A DNA stretch of 64,000 bases from assembly GCA_052055015.1 (NCBI GenBank), contig JBQJIT010000005.1; one strand, written 5' to 3'. Shown here in pieces: positions 1-10,499 of this stretch (position 1 is its first letter; the number at the start of each line of letters is the position of its first letter). The DNA comes from Malassezia furfur (lineage: Eukaryota). Under the pieces are notes generated by a model. It had not been told where the DNA came from. It was given only the letters and a program-made list of their open reading frames with translations, and made no database searches. A program made the position numbers and the translations under genes.

Positions 1-2538
1 CAGTGCGCGGCGGCCGAGGCGGCCGAGGCGCGCGCCGCGCACTGCGACACGGCCGAGCGTGAGCTAAGTACGGTGCGTGCGACGCTTGCCGAGCTGCAAG
101 ACACGCATACGACGCGCATTGAAGAGCTCACTGAAGCACTTGAAATGGCCACACTCGATCGCGAAATGGCGGAGGAAAAGGCCGAGCAGCTTACGCACGA
201 GCTGCGCGCGAGCAAGGACGCCGTGGAGGAGCTGCAGCTCGAGGTGCAGCTGCGCAAGGAGCACGCGGCGCTGGACGAGGTAGCTGCACGCGAGGCGATG
301 CCGGTCGAGCAGGCGCAGCTCGAGCAGCAAAACGCGCGACTCAAAGAGGCGCTCGTGCGGCTGCGCGATGCCTCGCGAGAGACGGACGCCGCGCAGAAAA
401 AGGAGCTGGCGGCGCTGCGTGAAGATGCCGAGGCTGCGCACGAGTTACGCGCGCAGCTGGATGCGACCGAGGCCAAGCTCGTGCACGCTGAGCGCGTTGT
501 CGAGGAGCTGCGGGCGCAGGCGCACCTTGCTGCGGGCGCCGAAGAGCTGCTCGAGCAGCTCACCGAGCGCAACGGCGCGCTCGAGGCGCACGTGGAGCGG
601 CTGCGTGCCGAGGTCGACGAACTGGATACGCTGCGTGCGATCAATGATGAGCTCGAAGAAACGCACCAAGAGACCGAGGCGCAGCTGCAGCACGAGCTGG
701 CGGTGCGTGACGAAACGATCGCCAAACTCCAGACGGACGCATCGGCGCACGCCGCGCAGCTTGCCGATTACGACGCGACGCTGCACAAGTTTCGTGAGGT
801 GGTGCGCGACCAGGTGCAGGAGCTGGAGCAGCTGCGCGCGCGGGGTGCATCCGCCGAGACGCCGTCCAGCTCCGCGTTGGCCGCTCCGCGCGGGGCACCA
901 GCACTGCTGGGTGCGCCGCCGCAGCAGGCACAGGCGCGAGCATTGCACCACTCGCTCGAGCGTCTCGATGCTGCACAGGCACAGCGGCATCTTGACGTCG
1001 TGCGCGTCTACCTTCCGCCGACGTTCTGGGCGGCGGACGAAGCCGCCGTAGGGACTCTGCTGGTGCTCGAGCGCATCGCGCGTCTCGGTACGCTGCTGCG
1101 CGAGACGCTTGCGTCGCATGCCGACGTGCAGGACCGCTTGTTGGCTGGCACACTTGACGAGGCACTACTCGACGCATGTGCACTGCGGCACGCACTGGCG
1201 CACCTCGCGGCGCTTGCCGAGCAGGCCGCCGCAGCGCTCGCCACGGCACCGCCCGACGTGTTTGTTGCCCAGGCGCGGCATGCTGCAGCACTCGCGCCCG
1301 CGGAGCAGCAGCTGCGCCAACTGCTGGAGGACGTGCAGCGCGACCGGTGGGACGAGCATGCGTGCCGCCGCGCGTGCGACGCAATTGTGCCACAGCTCGA
1401 GCAGGTCTCGCTTGCGCTGCAGACGCACGTCTCGGTCGCAGATCTCGCAGCGAAAGAGGCAGGAAGTGCGTCGCTCGCCGCGCACGACGTCGACACGCTC
1501 CTCGCCGGCGCCGGCCTCGCCCATGCGCAGCTGCGCACGCTCACTGAGCGCACGGGACTCGCTGCCGATGATGCAGTGGAGCAAACTGCATCGCTCGTGC
1601 GCATCGCGCGGCGTGCGCGTGTGCCTGCGCGCAACATGGTGCGTATTCTGGCGTCGCTGCGAGCCGCGCACGAGGCGGTGCACATCGAGAGCGTCCCGCA
1701 GCTTCCTGGGCTCGGTCAGCTCTCGTCGCAGCTCGCGGCGCTCGCGGCGAAGACGGCGCATGCGGTATGTGCACTGGTGCGCTCTGCAGAGATCGACACA
1801 GGTACCGCGACGCCCAATACGCTGCGTGCCGCGCTGCCCGACGACGGCGCCGCGGCGGTGCGCGATGCGGAACGCCTGGCCGCGACGCTCGACGCGCTGC
1901 ATACCGCAATTGCCGACCCAGCCAACGCCATCCCAGTGGACGATGCGGTGCCATGGTCCGCACGTGCTTTGATGCTACACACCGCGATGCAGCACAGCGC
2001 CGCACACGACGCCGAGATCGCCGAGCGCACCGCGCGCGAAGCGGCTCTGCAGCGCGCGCTGCAGGAGCGCACGGACCAAGTGGAGGCGGACGCAGTCCAG
2101 ATCGAGCGCCTCGCATACCAGCTCGACAAGGCGCGCACGCTCGCGACCAGTGCGTCGGACTTGCGCGCCGAGGTCGAGGCGCTGCATACCCAGCTGGCGC
2201 AGGCACATGCACCGGTGCGCCGCGACACGAGCGCGCCGGCGCCGGCGCCGGCCGCGGGTGACACGCGCCGCGCACTGCGGGTGCTGCGGGCGGAGAACCA
2301 GTCGCTGCGTGCACGCGAGTACCTTGCGACACTTGCGACGCTCGCGCCACTGCCGACGTTGCAGCGCAAGACGCCGCACGATGCGTCGTGGGACGCGCTT
2401 GCCGACGAGGCGAGGCGCCTCGCCACGGCACCGTGCGTCGTCGACGTCTCCAAACCGTCACGACGTGCAGCGGTGCAGTACGAGGCGCAGTGCCGTGCGC
2501 GGTGCCGGCTTTCCGAGCAGGTCGCGCGGCTTGTATAG
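1..2538 (+). CDS. NIP100: Dynactin subunit p150Glued homolog (5' end outside window)
   Basis: Long coiled coil containing the p150 motif LEMATLDREMAEEKAE, followed by a dynactin-domain-like region (ELEETHQETE...YDATLHKFREVV); the frame is open from the window start. Confidence 0.85.
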   Translation, partial: QCAAAEAAEARAAHCDTAERELSTVRATLAELQDTHTTRIEELTEALEMATLDREMAEEKAEQLTHELRASKDAVEELQLEVQLRKEHAALDEVAAREAMPVEQAQLEQQNARLKEALVRLRDASRETDAAQKKELAALREDAEAAHELRAQLDATEAKLVHAERVVEELRAQAHLAAGAEELLEQLTERNGALEAHVERLRAEVDELDTLRAINDELEETHQETEAQLQHELAVRDETIAKLQTDASAHAAQLADYDATLHKFREVVRDQVQELEQLRARGASAETPSSSALAAPRGAPALLGAPPQQAQARALHHSLERLDAAQAQRHLDVVRVYLPPTFWAADEAAVGTLLVLERIARLGTLLRETLASHADVQDRLLAGTLDEALLDACALRHALAHLAALAEQAAAALATAPPDVFVAQARHAAALAPAEQQLRQLLEDVQRDRWDEHACRRACDAIVPQLEQVSLALQTHVSVADLAAKEAGSASLAAHDVDTLLAGAGLAHAQLRTLTERTGLAADDAVEQTASLVRIARRARVPARNMVRILASLRAAHEAVHIESVPQLPGLGQLSSQLAALAAKTAHAVCALVRSAEIDTGTATPNTLRAALPDDGAAAVRDAERLAATLDALHTAIADPANAIPVDDAVPWSARALMLHTAMQHSAAHDAEIAERTAREAALQRALQERTDQVEADAVQIERLAYQLDKARTLATSASDLRAEVEALHTQLAQAHAPVRRDTSAPAPAPAAGDTRRALRVLRAENQSLRAREYLATLATLAPLPTLQRKTPHDASWDALADEARRLATAPCVVDVSKPSRRAAVQYEAQCRARCRLSEQVARLV

Positions 2539-2723
2539 GGGGGTTGTAGGATAGGAACGACTGGATGAAATGCTCGGCGGCGCAGCTGGCTACGCGGCGG
2601 TGGGACGCGCGGGCAGAGAAGCCACGGGTGTCAAGGCGGTAGGGGGTGGCCGCCTCGCCTGGGCATGCGTGCCCTGCGCCTAGGTTCCACGACGTATTCC
2701 ATCCGGTTTGCATTGCACACTAC

Positions 2724-5720
2724 TTACAAGCGACTGTGCCAGTCGAGCTCCTGAAGCCGCCGGCGCCCCTCGGAGCCGCCGTACAGCGTGTTGATCTGCG
2801 CCTCGAGGCTCATGCCAAACACGGCCGCAAGCGCCTCGTGAATCGTGCCGACAAACACCACCTGCAGGTCGTCACGCACCGTCTTGGGCAGGTCCTGCTC
2901 GTACTCTTTGCGGTTGCGCGTGGGCAGCACCACCTTGCGGATTCCCGCACGGTGCGCGCCCAGCACCTTTTCCTTGATGCCGCCCACCGGCGTCACATGT
3001 CCACGCAGGGTGATTTCGCCCGTCATCGCGAGGCGCGGGTCGAGCGGCACACGCAGGTAGAGCGACACGAGCGCACACGTCATGGCCACGCCCGCGCTCG
3101 GCCCGTCCTTGGGGGTGGCGCCCGAGGGGATGTGCAGGTGCACGTCGTTCTTGGGAAACTCGGACGCACGGTCCGCCGTGATGCCGAGCGCAAACGCGTG
3201 CGCCTTGACCCACGAGAAGGCCAGCTCCGCCGACTCGCGGATGACATCGCCCAGCGAGCCCGTGAGCTTGAGCTGTGCGGTGCCGGGCGGCATGAACGCC
3301 GACTCGATATGGAGAATCCCGCCGTTGCCCGAGCCCTGGTAGGCCAGGCCGGTCGCCACGCCCGGCACGCCTTCCGCGTCGGCCACCTCGGGCTCGTACG
3401 TGTCGTGCCCCAAGATGTGCGCCAGGTCCGACACGCGCACCACCGGGTCGTACTCCTTGGTGGACGTCATGCCGCCCAGGCTGCGGTGCTCGGCGTACTC
3501 GACCGCCTTGGCTCGCACCACGTCACCAATCCGCCGCTCGAGGGTACGCACACCGGCTTCGCGCGTGTACGCCGTGGCGATGGCCAGCAGCACCTCGTCG
3601 CTGATCTGCACCTGCGCGGGCTGCAGACCCTGCGCCTCGATCTGCTTCGGGAGGATGTGCCGCCGGGCAATCGCCACCTTTTCGTCGTGCGTGTAACCGG
3701 GCACTGCGACCACATCGGTGCGGTCCAGCAGCGGCTCGGGGATCGTGTCGAGCGTGTTGGCCGTCGCGATAAACAGCACGCGGCTCAGGTCGACGGGGAC
3801 ATTGATGTAGTGGTCCTTGAACGTGTGATTCTGTTCGGGGTCGAGCACCTCGAGCAGCGCCGCGGTGGGGTCGCCGTGCAGCGCATTGCCGCTCGACAGC
3901 TTGTCGACCTCGTCCAGAAGCATCACACAGTCGCTCGCCTTGGCGCGGCGCAGCGCACCGACGATCGAGCCGGGCAGCGCACCGACGTACGTGCGGCGGT
4001 GTCCGCGGATCTCGGCCTCGTCCCGCACACCACCGAGCGACAGGCGCACAAACGGACGCTGGAGCGCCGCAGCCAGGGAGCGCGCAATCGACGTCTTGCC
4101 CGTGCCAGGCGGACCGACAAGCAGCAAGATGGGGCCCTTGTACTGCACCGTGATGCGCTCGCTGCCGCCCACGTCGGACGCATCCGATCCCGCACGCGCC
4201 TCGGCCGCCGCCTCGCGCGCCTGCACCTGCTTCAGGTCGAGCACCGCGAGGTACTCGAGAATACGCTTCTTGATCTTGTCCAGGCCGTAGTGGTCCGCCT
4301 CAAGCACTTTGCGGGCGCGGGGGATGAGCGGCTCGGCATGCACGTCGCCCGCCGCGGACGTCGGCACAAGCGAAGCGAGCGTGTCGGCATCCAAGTCCGC
4401 CGAAACACGCTCCCACGGCAGGTCGGCCATCGTCTCGAGGTAGTTGATCAGCATGCCGCGCTCCATGCTTTGCGACGGCATGCGCTTCAGGCGGCGCAGC
4501 TCCTGCTGGCACGTCTTGCGCGCCTCGGGCGTGAGCGGTACCTGCTCGAGGCGCGTAGCAAGTGCCGCAACTTCGTCGGCACCGTCGTCGTCGTCGTCGT
4601 CGTCGAGCATGCTCGGCGCGCGCGATGGCGGCGAGGGTGTGTCGTCGTGACCGACGATGCGGCGCGTCACCTGCGGCCCACGTTCCTTGCTCGGCATACG
4701 GCGCACTACTGCACGCTCGTCGCCACCCTGCCGCGGCGGCTCGCCTTGGAAAATGCGCAGCGAAGACACCACGCTCGGGTTGATGCGTGCCAGCTCCGCC
4801 GCGATGGTCTCGAGCTGCGCACGCGACAGCGCCAAGCGCTGCTGGTCGTGCAGTGCATAGGGGATGGACAGAAGCATCTCGCGCAGCGTTTGCATCCGCG
4901 CCACGCCACGATCGAGCATCTCCGTGGTGTTCGCCACGCGCGGCTCGACAGGCACGAGCGTCAGGTGGTGCAGCCGCTCGTCCCACGCACACGCGCCGCC
5001 AAGTGCACCGACGAGCAAGTCAGCCAACATTCCGCTGGACATTTGGTCAAACTCGCGCAGGAGCAGCGTCACCCGCTTCAGCAGCGGCGGCGGCAGCAGC
5101 GGCACACGCGCCACCACCGAGTTGGGCGTCGCGGCGTGCGTCGGAATCGACGCGCGGCCCATCAGCTCAACGAGCCGCTTGGCTGACTTGCGCATCGCCC
5201 GCACACCGGGCGTCTCGTCCTTGGGCGCGGCCGCCGTCAGGTCCTGGGGGAAGGCACGCAGCTCGACCACCGTGATGTTCGCCGCAACGGGCTCAGCGGC
5301 CAGCACGGGCCGGCCGATCTTGGCGCGCATCAAGCCGGAAATCTGCAGTCGGCACTCCTCGCTGGTGGGCGAGTTGACGAGGCGCAACACGCGCGCCACA
5401 CAGCCCCAGGTGTGCAGGCCATCGAGGCTGTCGGCTGGAATCTCGCCGACGTCGGCAGACTGCTTCGCAACACACAGGATAAGCACGGGGCGGTGGGCAT
5501 TCGCCTGCATCTGCTTCGACGTGGGCACCGTGTCCGAGGCCCGCGCCTCTTGCGCGTCGAGCTCCTTGCGCTCCTGCAGGGCCGTGCGCAGCAGACCAAG
5601 ACACGTCGTCTGCGGCAGGGGGATGGAGAGCACGAGGCCAGGATGTAAGATCTGAGGGTACGGCAGTGCCAAGATTGGCAGCCGATGTGGGATCACCACA
5701 GCTCCGGTCGATGGGTCCAT
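2724..5720 (-). CDS. Lon protease, peroxisomal type (LONP2-like)
   Basis: LON N-domain, Walker A GPPGTGKT, catalytic PKDGPSAG and GGIKEK; C-terminal HSRL is a PTS1; first ATG (MDPSTG) at 5720. Confidence 0.93.
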   Translation of the reverse strand: MDPSTGAVVIPHRLPILALPYPQILHPGLVLSIPLPQTTCLGLLRTALQERKELDAQEARASDTVPTSKQMQANAHRPVLILCVAKQSADVGEIPADSLDGLHTWGCVARVLRLVNSPTSEECRLQISGLMRAKIGRPVLAAEPVAANITVVELRAFPQDLTAAAPKDETPGVRAMRKSAKRLVELMGRASIPTHAATPNSVVARVPLLPPPLLKRVTLLLREFDQMSSGMLADLLVGALGGACAWDERLHHLTLVPVEPRVANTTEMLDRGVARMQTLREMLLSIPYALHDQQRLALSRAQLETIAAELARINPSVVSSLRIFQGEPPRQGGDERAVVRRMPSKERGPQVTRRIVGHDDTPSPPSRAPSMLDDDDDDDGADEVAALATRLEQVPLTPEARKTCQQELRRLKRMPSQSMERGMLINYLETMADLPWERVSADLDADTLASLVPTSAAGDVHAEPLIPRARKVLEADHYGLDKIKKRILEYLAVLDLKQVQAREAAAEARAGSDASDVGGSERITVQYKGPILLLVGPPGTGKTSIARSLAAALQRPFVRLSLGGVRDEAEIRGHRRTYVGALPGSIVGALRRAKASDCVMLLDEVDKLSSGNALHGDPTAALLEVLDPEQNHTFKDHYINVPVDLSRVLFIATANTLDTIPEPLLDRTDVVAVPGYTHDEKVAIARRHILPKQIEAQGLQPAQVQISDEVLLAIATAYTREAGVRTLERRIGDVVRAKAVEYAEHRSLGGMTSTKEYDPVVRVSDLAHILGHDTYEPEVADAEGVPGVATGLAYQGSGNGGILHIESAFMPPGTAQLKLTGSLGDVIRESAELAFSWVKAHAFALGITADRASEFPKNDVHLHIPSGATPKDGPSAGVAMTCALVSLYLRVPLDPRLAMTGEITLRGHVTPVGGIKEKVLGAHRAGIRKVVLPTRNRKEYEQDLPKTVRDDLQVVFVGTIHEALAAVFGMSLEAQINTLYGGSEGRRRLQELDWHSRL

Positions 5721-5874
5721 CGTGGGGTGATAAAGCAAACAGCCCAGCCGGGTGGCGCAGGGTCGTGCGGGGTGGAGGCGGGGGCGGTCACCCCCAGCGC
5801 CCGCCGTCGGCCCCCGCCGCGCCATCGGCCGACACCTTCCGACACGCACCTCCACATCGTCACGGCTGCCTCGC

Positions 5875-7471
5875 ATGCTTGCGCCGTCGGTGCGCCGCTA
5901 CGCCGCATCGCAGCTCGGCCGCGCGTCGTCATCCAGCGCGCCCGGCGCGCGAGTCCGTTTTGCACCGTCGCCTACCGGCTACTTACACGTCGGTGGGCTG
6001 CGCACCGCGCTCTTCAACTACCTACTCGCCCGGCACACCCAGGGCACCTGCGTCCTTCGCATCGAAGACACCGACCAGACGCGACTCGTGCCGGGCGCCG
6101 CGGAAGCGCTGCAGGACGCACTTGCATGGGCGGGCATTGAATGCGATGAGGGGCCGCAGCAGGGCGGCGCGTACGGACCCTACGTCCAGTCGGAACGCCT
6201 GCCCATCTACCGCACCTACGCTGAGCGGCTGCTGCGCGCGGGGCGCGCGTACCGCGACTTTCGACCGCCTGTGCAGCGCGACACTAACGCACGTGCCTCG
6301 GCTCTGCTCCGCGAAGCTTACCTGCCCCCCAGCGAGGACGAGGCACTGGAGCGCATCGCGCGGGGGGAACCGTACGTCGTCCGCCTGCGCATGGAGCCGG
6401 GCCGCACGTTTGCCTACGAGGACGGCGTATACGGCACCATGATGTTTCGACCGGACATGATTGGCGGCGTGGGCGATGACCCGATCATCGTCAAATCGGA
6501 CGGGTGGCCGACGTACCACCTCGCGTCGGTCGTCGATGACACCGAGATGGCCATTACCCACGTCCTGCGCGGCGAGGAATGGCTCCCGTCGATGCCCAAG
6601 CACCTTGCGCTGTACGAGGCGATTGATGCGAAGCCGCCCACGTTTGTACACCTCCCGCTGCTCATCAACGCGGACGGCAGCAAACTGTCCAAGCGGTCCG
6701 GCGACGTGCGCGTGGAAGATTACCGCGCACGCGGCATCGAGCCCGAGGCGCTCGTCAATCTCGTGGCACTCACAGGCTACAACCACCAACATACGGACGC
6801 GGACGACACCGACGTGCTCTCGATGGCGCAGCTGATCGATGAATTCGAACTGCGTCGCATCTCGCACTCGCGCGCGACGCTGCCCACCGAAAAGCTGCCC
6901 TTCCTCAACCGGCGGCATATGATGGCCAAGATGCATGATGCACGCACGCGCCCGGCTATGCTTGCACGCCTCCGGCCGCTCTTTGACGCAGAGCTTGGCA
7001 CGGATGCCGCGCGTGCTATCCCAGACGACACGCTGCTCGAGACGGCGGCCCTGGGATGCCAGCGCGTGGATACCCTCGCCGAGGTACCGCACAGCGTCGC
7101 CTATTATTTCCAGCAGCCCGACTGGGCCGCAGACGAGTGCCGTCGCTTCCGCGCATCGGTAAAGACGCCCGCTTTTGGTACGTACGGCGCACCGGGTTCG
7201 ACTAATCACAGAAGGCGTCTTGCGCAATGCCCCTGCCTTCTTTGAGCAGGTCGACGCATGGGAGCCAACGGCATTGCACACTGCCCTACAGGCGTGGATG
7301 AAGGCACAGCCGGAGGGCCGCGCTGCTGTACAAAAGAGTTTGCGCATTGCGCTCTCGGGCAAGAGTGCAGGACCGCCCGTCGCCGAGATCGCTCACGCGC
7401 TCGGCCAGGCACAGACGGTGGCGCGCTTGCACGCAGCCCTAGCGTGGGATGCGGCGCATCGCACGTCGTAG
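5875..7471 (+). CDS. MSE1: Mitochondrial glutamyl-tRNA synthetase
   Basis: RVRFAPSPTGYLHVGG (HIGH), LRIEDTD, KLSKR; Arg/Ser-rich presequence; intron 7178-7211. Confidence 0.92.
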
Positions 7472-7473
7472 CG

Positions 7474-8091
7474 CTACCGGTGCTGCGACCCGGTATTTTG
7501 TAGCGTATCGACCATGTCCCGGAATTGCGCAATGATCTCAGCTTCCTTGCGCGCACGCTCTTCGGCCTGCTGCTTGAGGTAAGCCCGGCGTTCATCGGTG
7601 GCATAGTTGCGGCGCGAGCGGCGCTGTGTGCCAGACGCATCTCCTGACCCTGCCGCATCGTCCATGGGCTGCGTCTCGGTATACGGCTGCGGCCCGACTT
7701 CCTCCTCGTCGCTCGGCTCGGCGGTGCGCGCGGTCACCGCCGGTTCTTGCCGACGCGGCGAATGTTCCATGCTCTTAGAACGCGACCGTGACCGGCGGTG
7801 ATGGTGCCTGTGTGCGCGGTGTCCATGCCGTTCTCGCTCCGAACGGTGAGAACGGCGCCGTTCATCGTCCGCATCGTGCGCACGGTGCCGCTCGCGGTGG
7901 TGCCGGTGGTGCCGACGCGTGTAGTCGGGATGGTCCGACGGCGCCGTCCGTCGCGCCTCGTCCTCAGCATCTGAGAATGATTGCTGGGGAGAAGGTGGCC
8001 ATATCGTGTACGAGGCCGCCTCGCGTGCCTCGTAGCGTTGCTGGACGCGCGCCGCTGCCGCGTCGCGCGCTGCGAGGCCCGTGCTCGCCAT
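7474..8091 (-). CDS. NKAP-like RS/His-rich nuclear protein (shortened)
   Basis: N-terminal IWPPSP, RS/His-rich middle, GPQP motif, and C-terminal YATDERRAYLKQQAEERARKEAEIIAQFRDMV resembling the NKAP C-terminal helix. Confidence 0.6.
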   Translation of the reverse strand: MASTGLAARDAAAARVQQRYEAREAASYTIWPPSPQQSFSDAEDEARRTAPSDHPDYTRRHHRHHRERHRAHDADDERRRSHRSERERHGHRAHRHHHRRSRSRSKSMEHSPRRQEPAVTARTAEPSDEEEVGPQPYTETQPMDDAAGSGDASGTQRRSRRNYATDERRAYLKQQAEERARKEAEIIAQFRDMVDTLQNTGSQHR

Positions 8092-8203
8092 CCACAGACG
8101 TCGCGACGTGTGTGTGCACGTGACCCGGTGCCAAGTTCCGACGGTGCGGCTTGCTCCTGACTTGAACGCGCTTGCTGTGCCCGCCGACCCTGCGCAGCGG
8201 TTT

Positions 8204-8281
8204 ATGATACATTCCCACGAGCCAGGTGCTGTGTTATCGACGTACTCGCCGATTTTCCAACGTGTGAAGCCTCCTTTTTGA
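8204..8281 (+). promoter_or_regulatory. Upstream ORF (25 aa) in the eIF5 leader with a poor-context AUG
   Basis: tttATGa at 8204 and TGA ending at 8281, 12 nt before the eIF5 ATG (caaaATG). Confidence 0.55.
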
Positions 8282-8293
8282 AGCTAGTGCAAA

Positions 8294-9661
8294 ATGACCA
8301 TTGTCAACATTCGTCGCGACGTGGACGACAAGTTCTACCGTTACCGGTACGCATGCACACGACTCACACAGTATGCCGCTGCTCGAGACCAAGATCGAGG
8401 GACGCGGGAACGGTATTAAGACGGTGATTCCCAACATGTCGGACATCGCGCGCGCACTCAGTCGCCCGCCGAGCTGTACGTTGCAAAACTCACACCAGAC
8501 CCTGCCAAGTACTTTGGCTTCGAGCTCGGTGCGCAGACGATCCTCGATGAGAAGAACGACCGGTACATTGTGAACGGTGCGCATGACGCGAACCGTCTCC
8601 GTGAACTGCTCGACGGTTTCATCGACCGCTTCGTGCTGTGTGGCGCCTGCAAAAATCCTGAGACGGACTTGAAGATCCGCGACGGGGATATTTTGCGCGA
8701 CTGCAAGGCGTGTGGCAAGCGCACTCCGCTCGATCCGCGCCACAAGCTCACTACGTACATCAGCAAGAACCCGCCGCCGAAGCGTGCGAAGGGCACCAAG
8801 GGTGCAGGAGCCTCCTCGGGGCAGACCGTCGAGGCCGCCGACGACGGAGCGAACGGTGGCAGCGACGACGAGCTGACGCGCCGCATCGCATCCGAGGCAG
8901 CGACCATCCCGACGGCGGAGCAACGTGCTGCGGACAAGAACATCGACGAGGACTGGTCGGTAGACACCTCCGAGGCGGCCGTCGCCGAGCGCGTCAAGGC
9001 GCTCGAGGGCAAGCTGACCAACGTGCTGTCGCTCGGCGACGAGGACGAAGACGAGGGTGAGTCGTCGCCCTACTCGCAGTATGGCACGTGGATCCTCGAG
9101 GCGCGCGATGCCAACCAGACGCTCAGCGCCGCCGACGTGTACAAGAAGGCGCAGGAGCTGGGCATCGAGAAGAAGCACAAGACGCTCCAAGTGCTCTTCC
9201 AGGCGCTCTTTGACGACAAAGCACCGCAGCAGGTGGAGCAGTATGCGCCCGTGCTACTCAAGATGGTCACCTCGGAGAAGCACCAAAAGGCGATGCTCGG
9301 TGGCATCGAGCGCCTTGCAGGTCTGCAGCAGCCGTCGCTTGTACCGAACGGCGTGCCGAAGCTGCTTATGAATCTGTACCAGATTGACGTACTCGACGAG
9401 GACGTGGTGCGCCAGTGGGGCACCCATGTCTCCAAGAAGTACGTCGACAAGGAGACCTCGAAGCGTGTCCGGAAAGCCGCGGCGCCCTTCCTCGAATGGC
9501 TGGACCAGGCGGACAGCGATGACGAGGACAGTGGCGACGACGACGACGGCAACAATGAGGACGACGAAGACGACGACGACGACGACGCCACCGCGCCGGC
9601 CGCCGCCAACGGCGAGTCCGGTGGCTACCAGGAGGGCGACTCGGACCTGGACGACCTGTAG
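8294..9661 (+). CDS. TIF5: Translation initiation factor eIF5
   Basis: [20 protein letters not shown]...[11 protein letters not shown], zinc finger [10 protein letters not shown]2 domain; introns 8347-8371 and 8476-8498. Confidence 0.95.
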
Positions 9662-9722
9662 CCGCGCGCCGGTGCCGCGTTAGTCAGCCTCCGTAGCTTG
9701 TCTCCACATCGCGACCTGGACC

Positions 9723-10485
9723 ATGGCCCCCGCCGCGGCCGCTGCGTCCGATCCGTGGGCGGCGACATATGCTCTGAATGCGCCACGTCCTGCACAGGCG
9801 ACACGCACATATCCTCTCCCCGTCCCGCCCGAAGCGCAAGCCGCGGGACCCGTGCCAGACATCCTGGAGCGCCCCCGCGACAAGACGCGCGCGAGCGAGG
9901 TCGACCTGAGTGCGCTCCAGTTCCTCTTTGCGGAGATGGTTGCCTATGCCCAGGCACGCGTCTCAGGTATTGCCGAATTTGAGCGACTACTATCCACAAT
10001 GGGTGCGCGCGTCGGCCATCGTGCGCTCGTGCTCCTCGTGCATCGCAAGGAGACGAGTGCGAACCCCAAAAAGCCGCGGCGCGAAACGCGGCTTTTGCCC
10101 ACGCTGCTCTGGCTGCACACGGCTTTCTGGAAGGCGTTGTTCGGAGTACAGGCGGATAGCCTCGAGCGCAGCACCGAGTCGGGGCGCAGTGACGAATGTA
10201 GGTGGAACGCTCATGGCAGTCATGATTTCGACCAACGACCCCCTCTTTTCGCGCGGCATCTCGATCCCCAAGGAGATGGCGCAGCTGAGCGTCGAGGCGT
10301 TTGCTGCAGGGATCGTCGAGGGCGCACTGGATGCGCTGGGCTTTGTACGTACCGTTTGCTGACCGCAGCCCGCGCGTGTCACGGCACATGGGGTTCCAAC
10401 CGACGCCCACCCCAACCGGACCACGATCCTGATCAAGCTCGAGCGGAGTGTGATGGAGCGCGAGGCGGCACTCGGTGGCTCGTAG
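9723..10485 (+). CDS. TRS31: TRAPP complex subunit Trs31/TRAPPC5
   Basis: EVDLSALQFLFAEMV, WKALFG..ADSLE, ISIPKEMAQLSVEAFAAGIVEGAL; introns 10198-10219 and 10345-10368. Confidence 0.9.
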
Positions 10486-10499
10486 TGTGGTATATACAG

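Noticed and set aside
2646..5186. 846-aa + strand ORF, and many similar long antisense ORFs (e.g. 25766-27010, 56212-58170)
   Set aside because: Shadow frames of real genes; high GC3 removes antisense stop codons, and there are no recognisable motifs
9517..9590. GAC-rich repeats in eIF5, Lon and CDC45
   Set aside because: Ordinary coding acidic tracts, not arrays or mobile repeats
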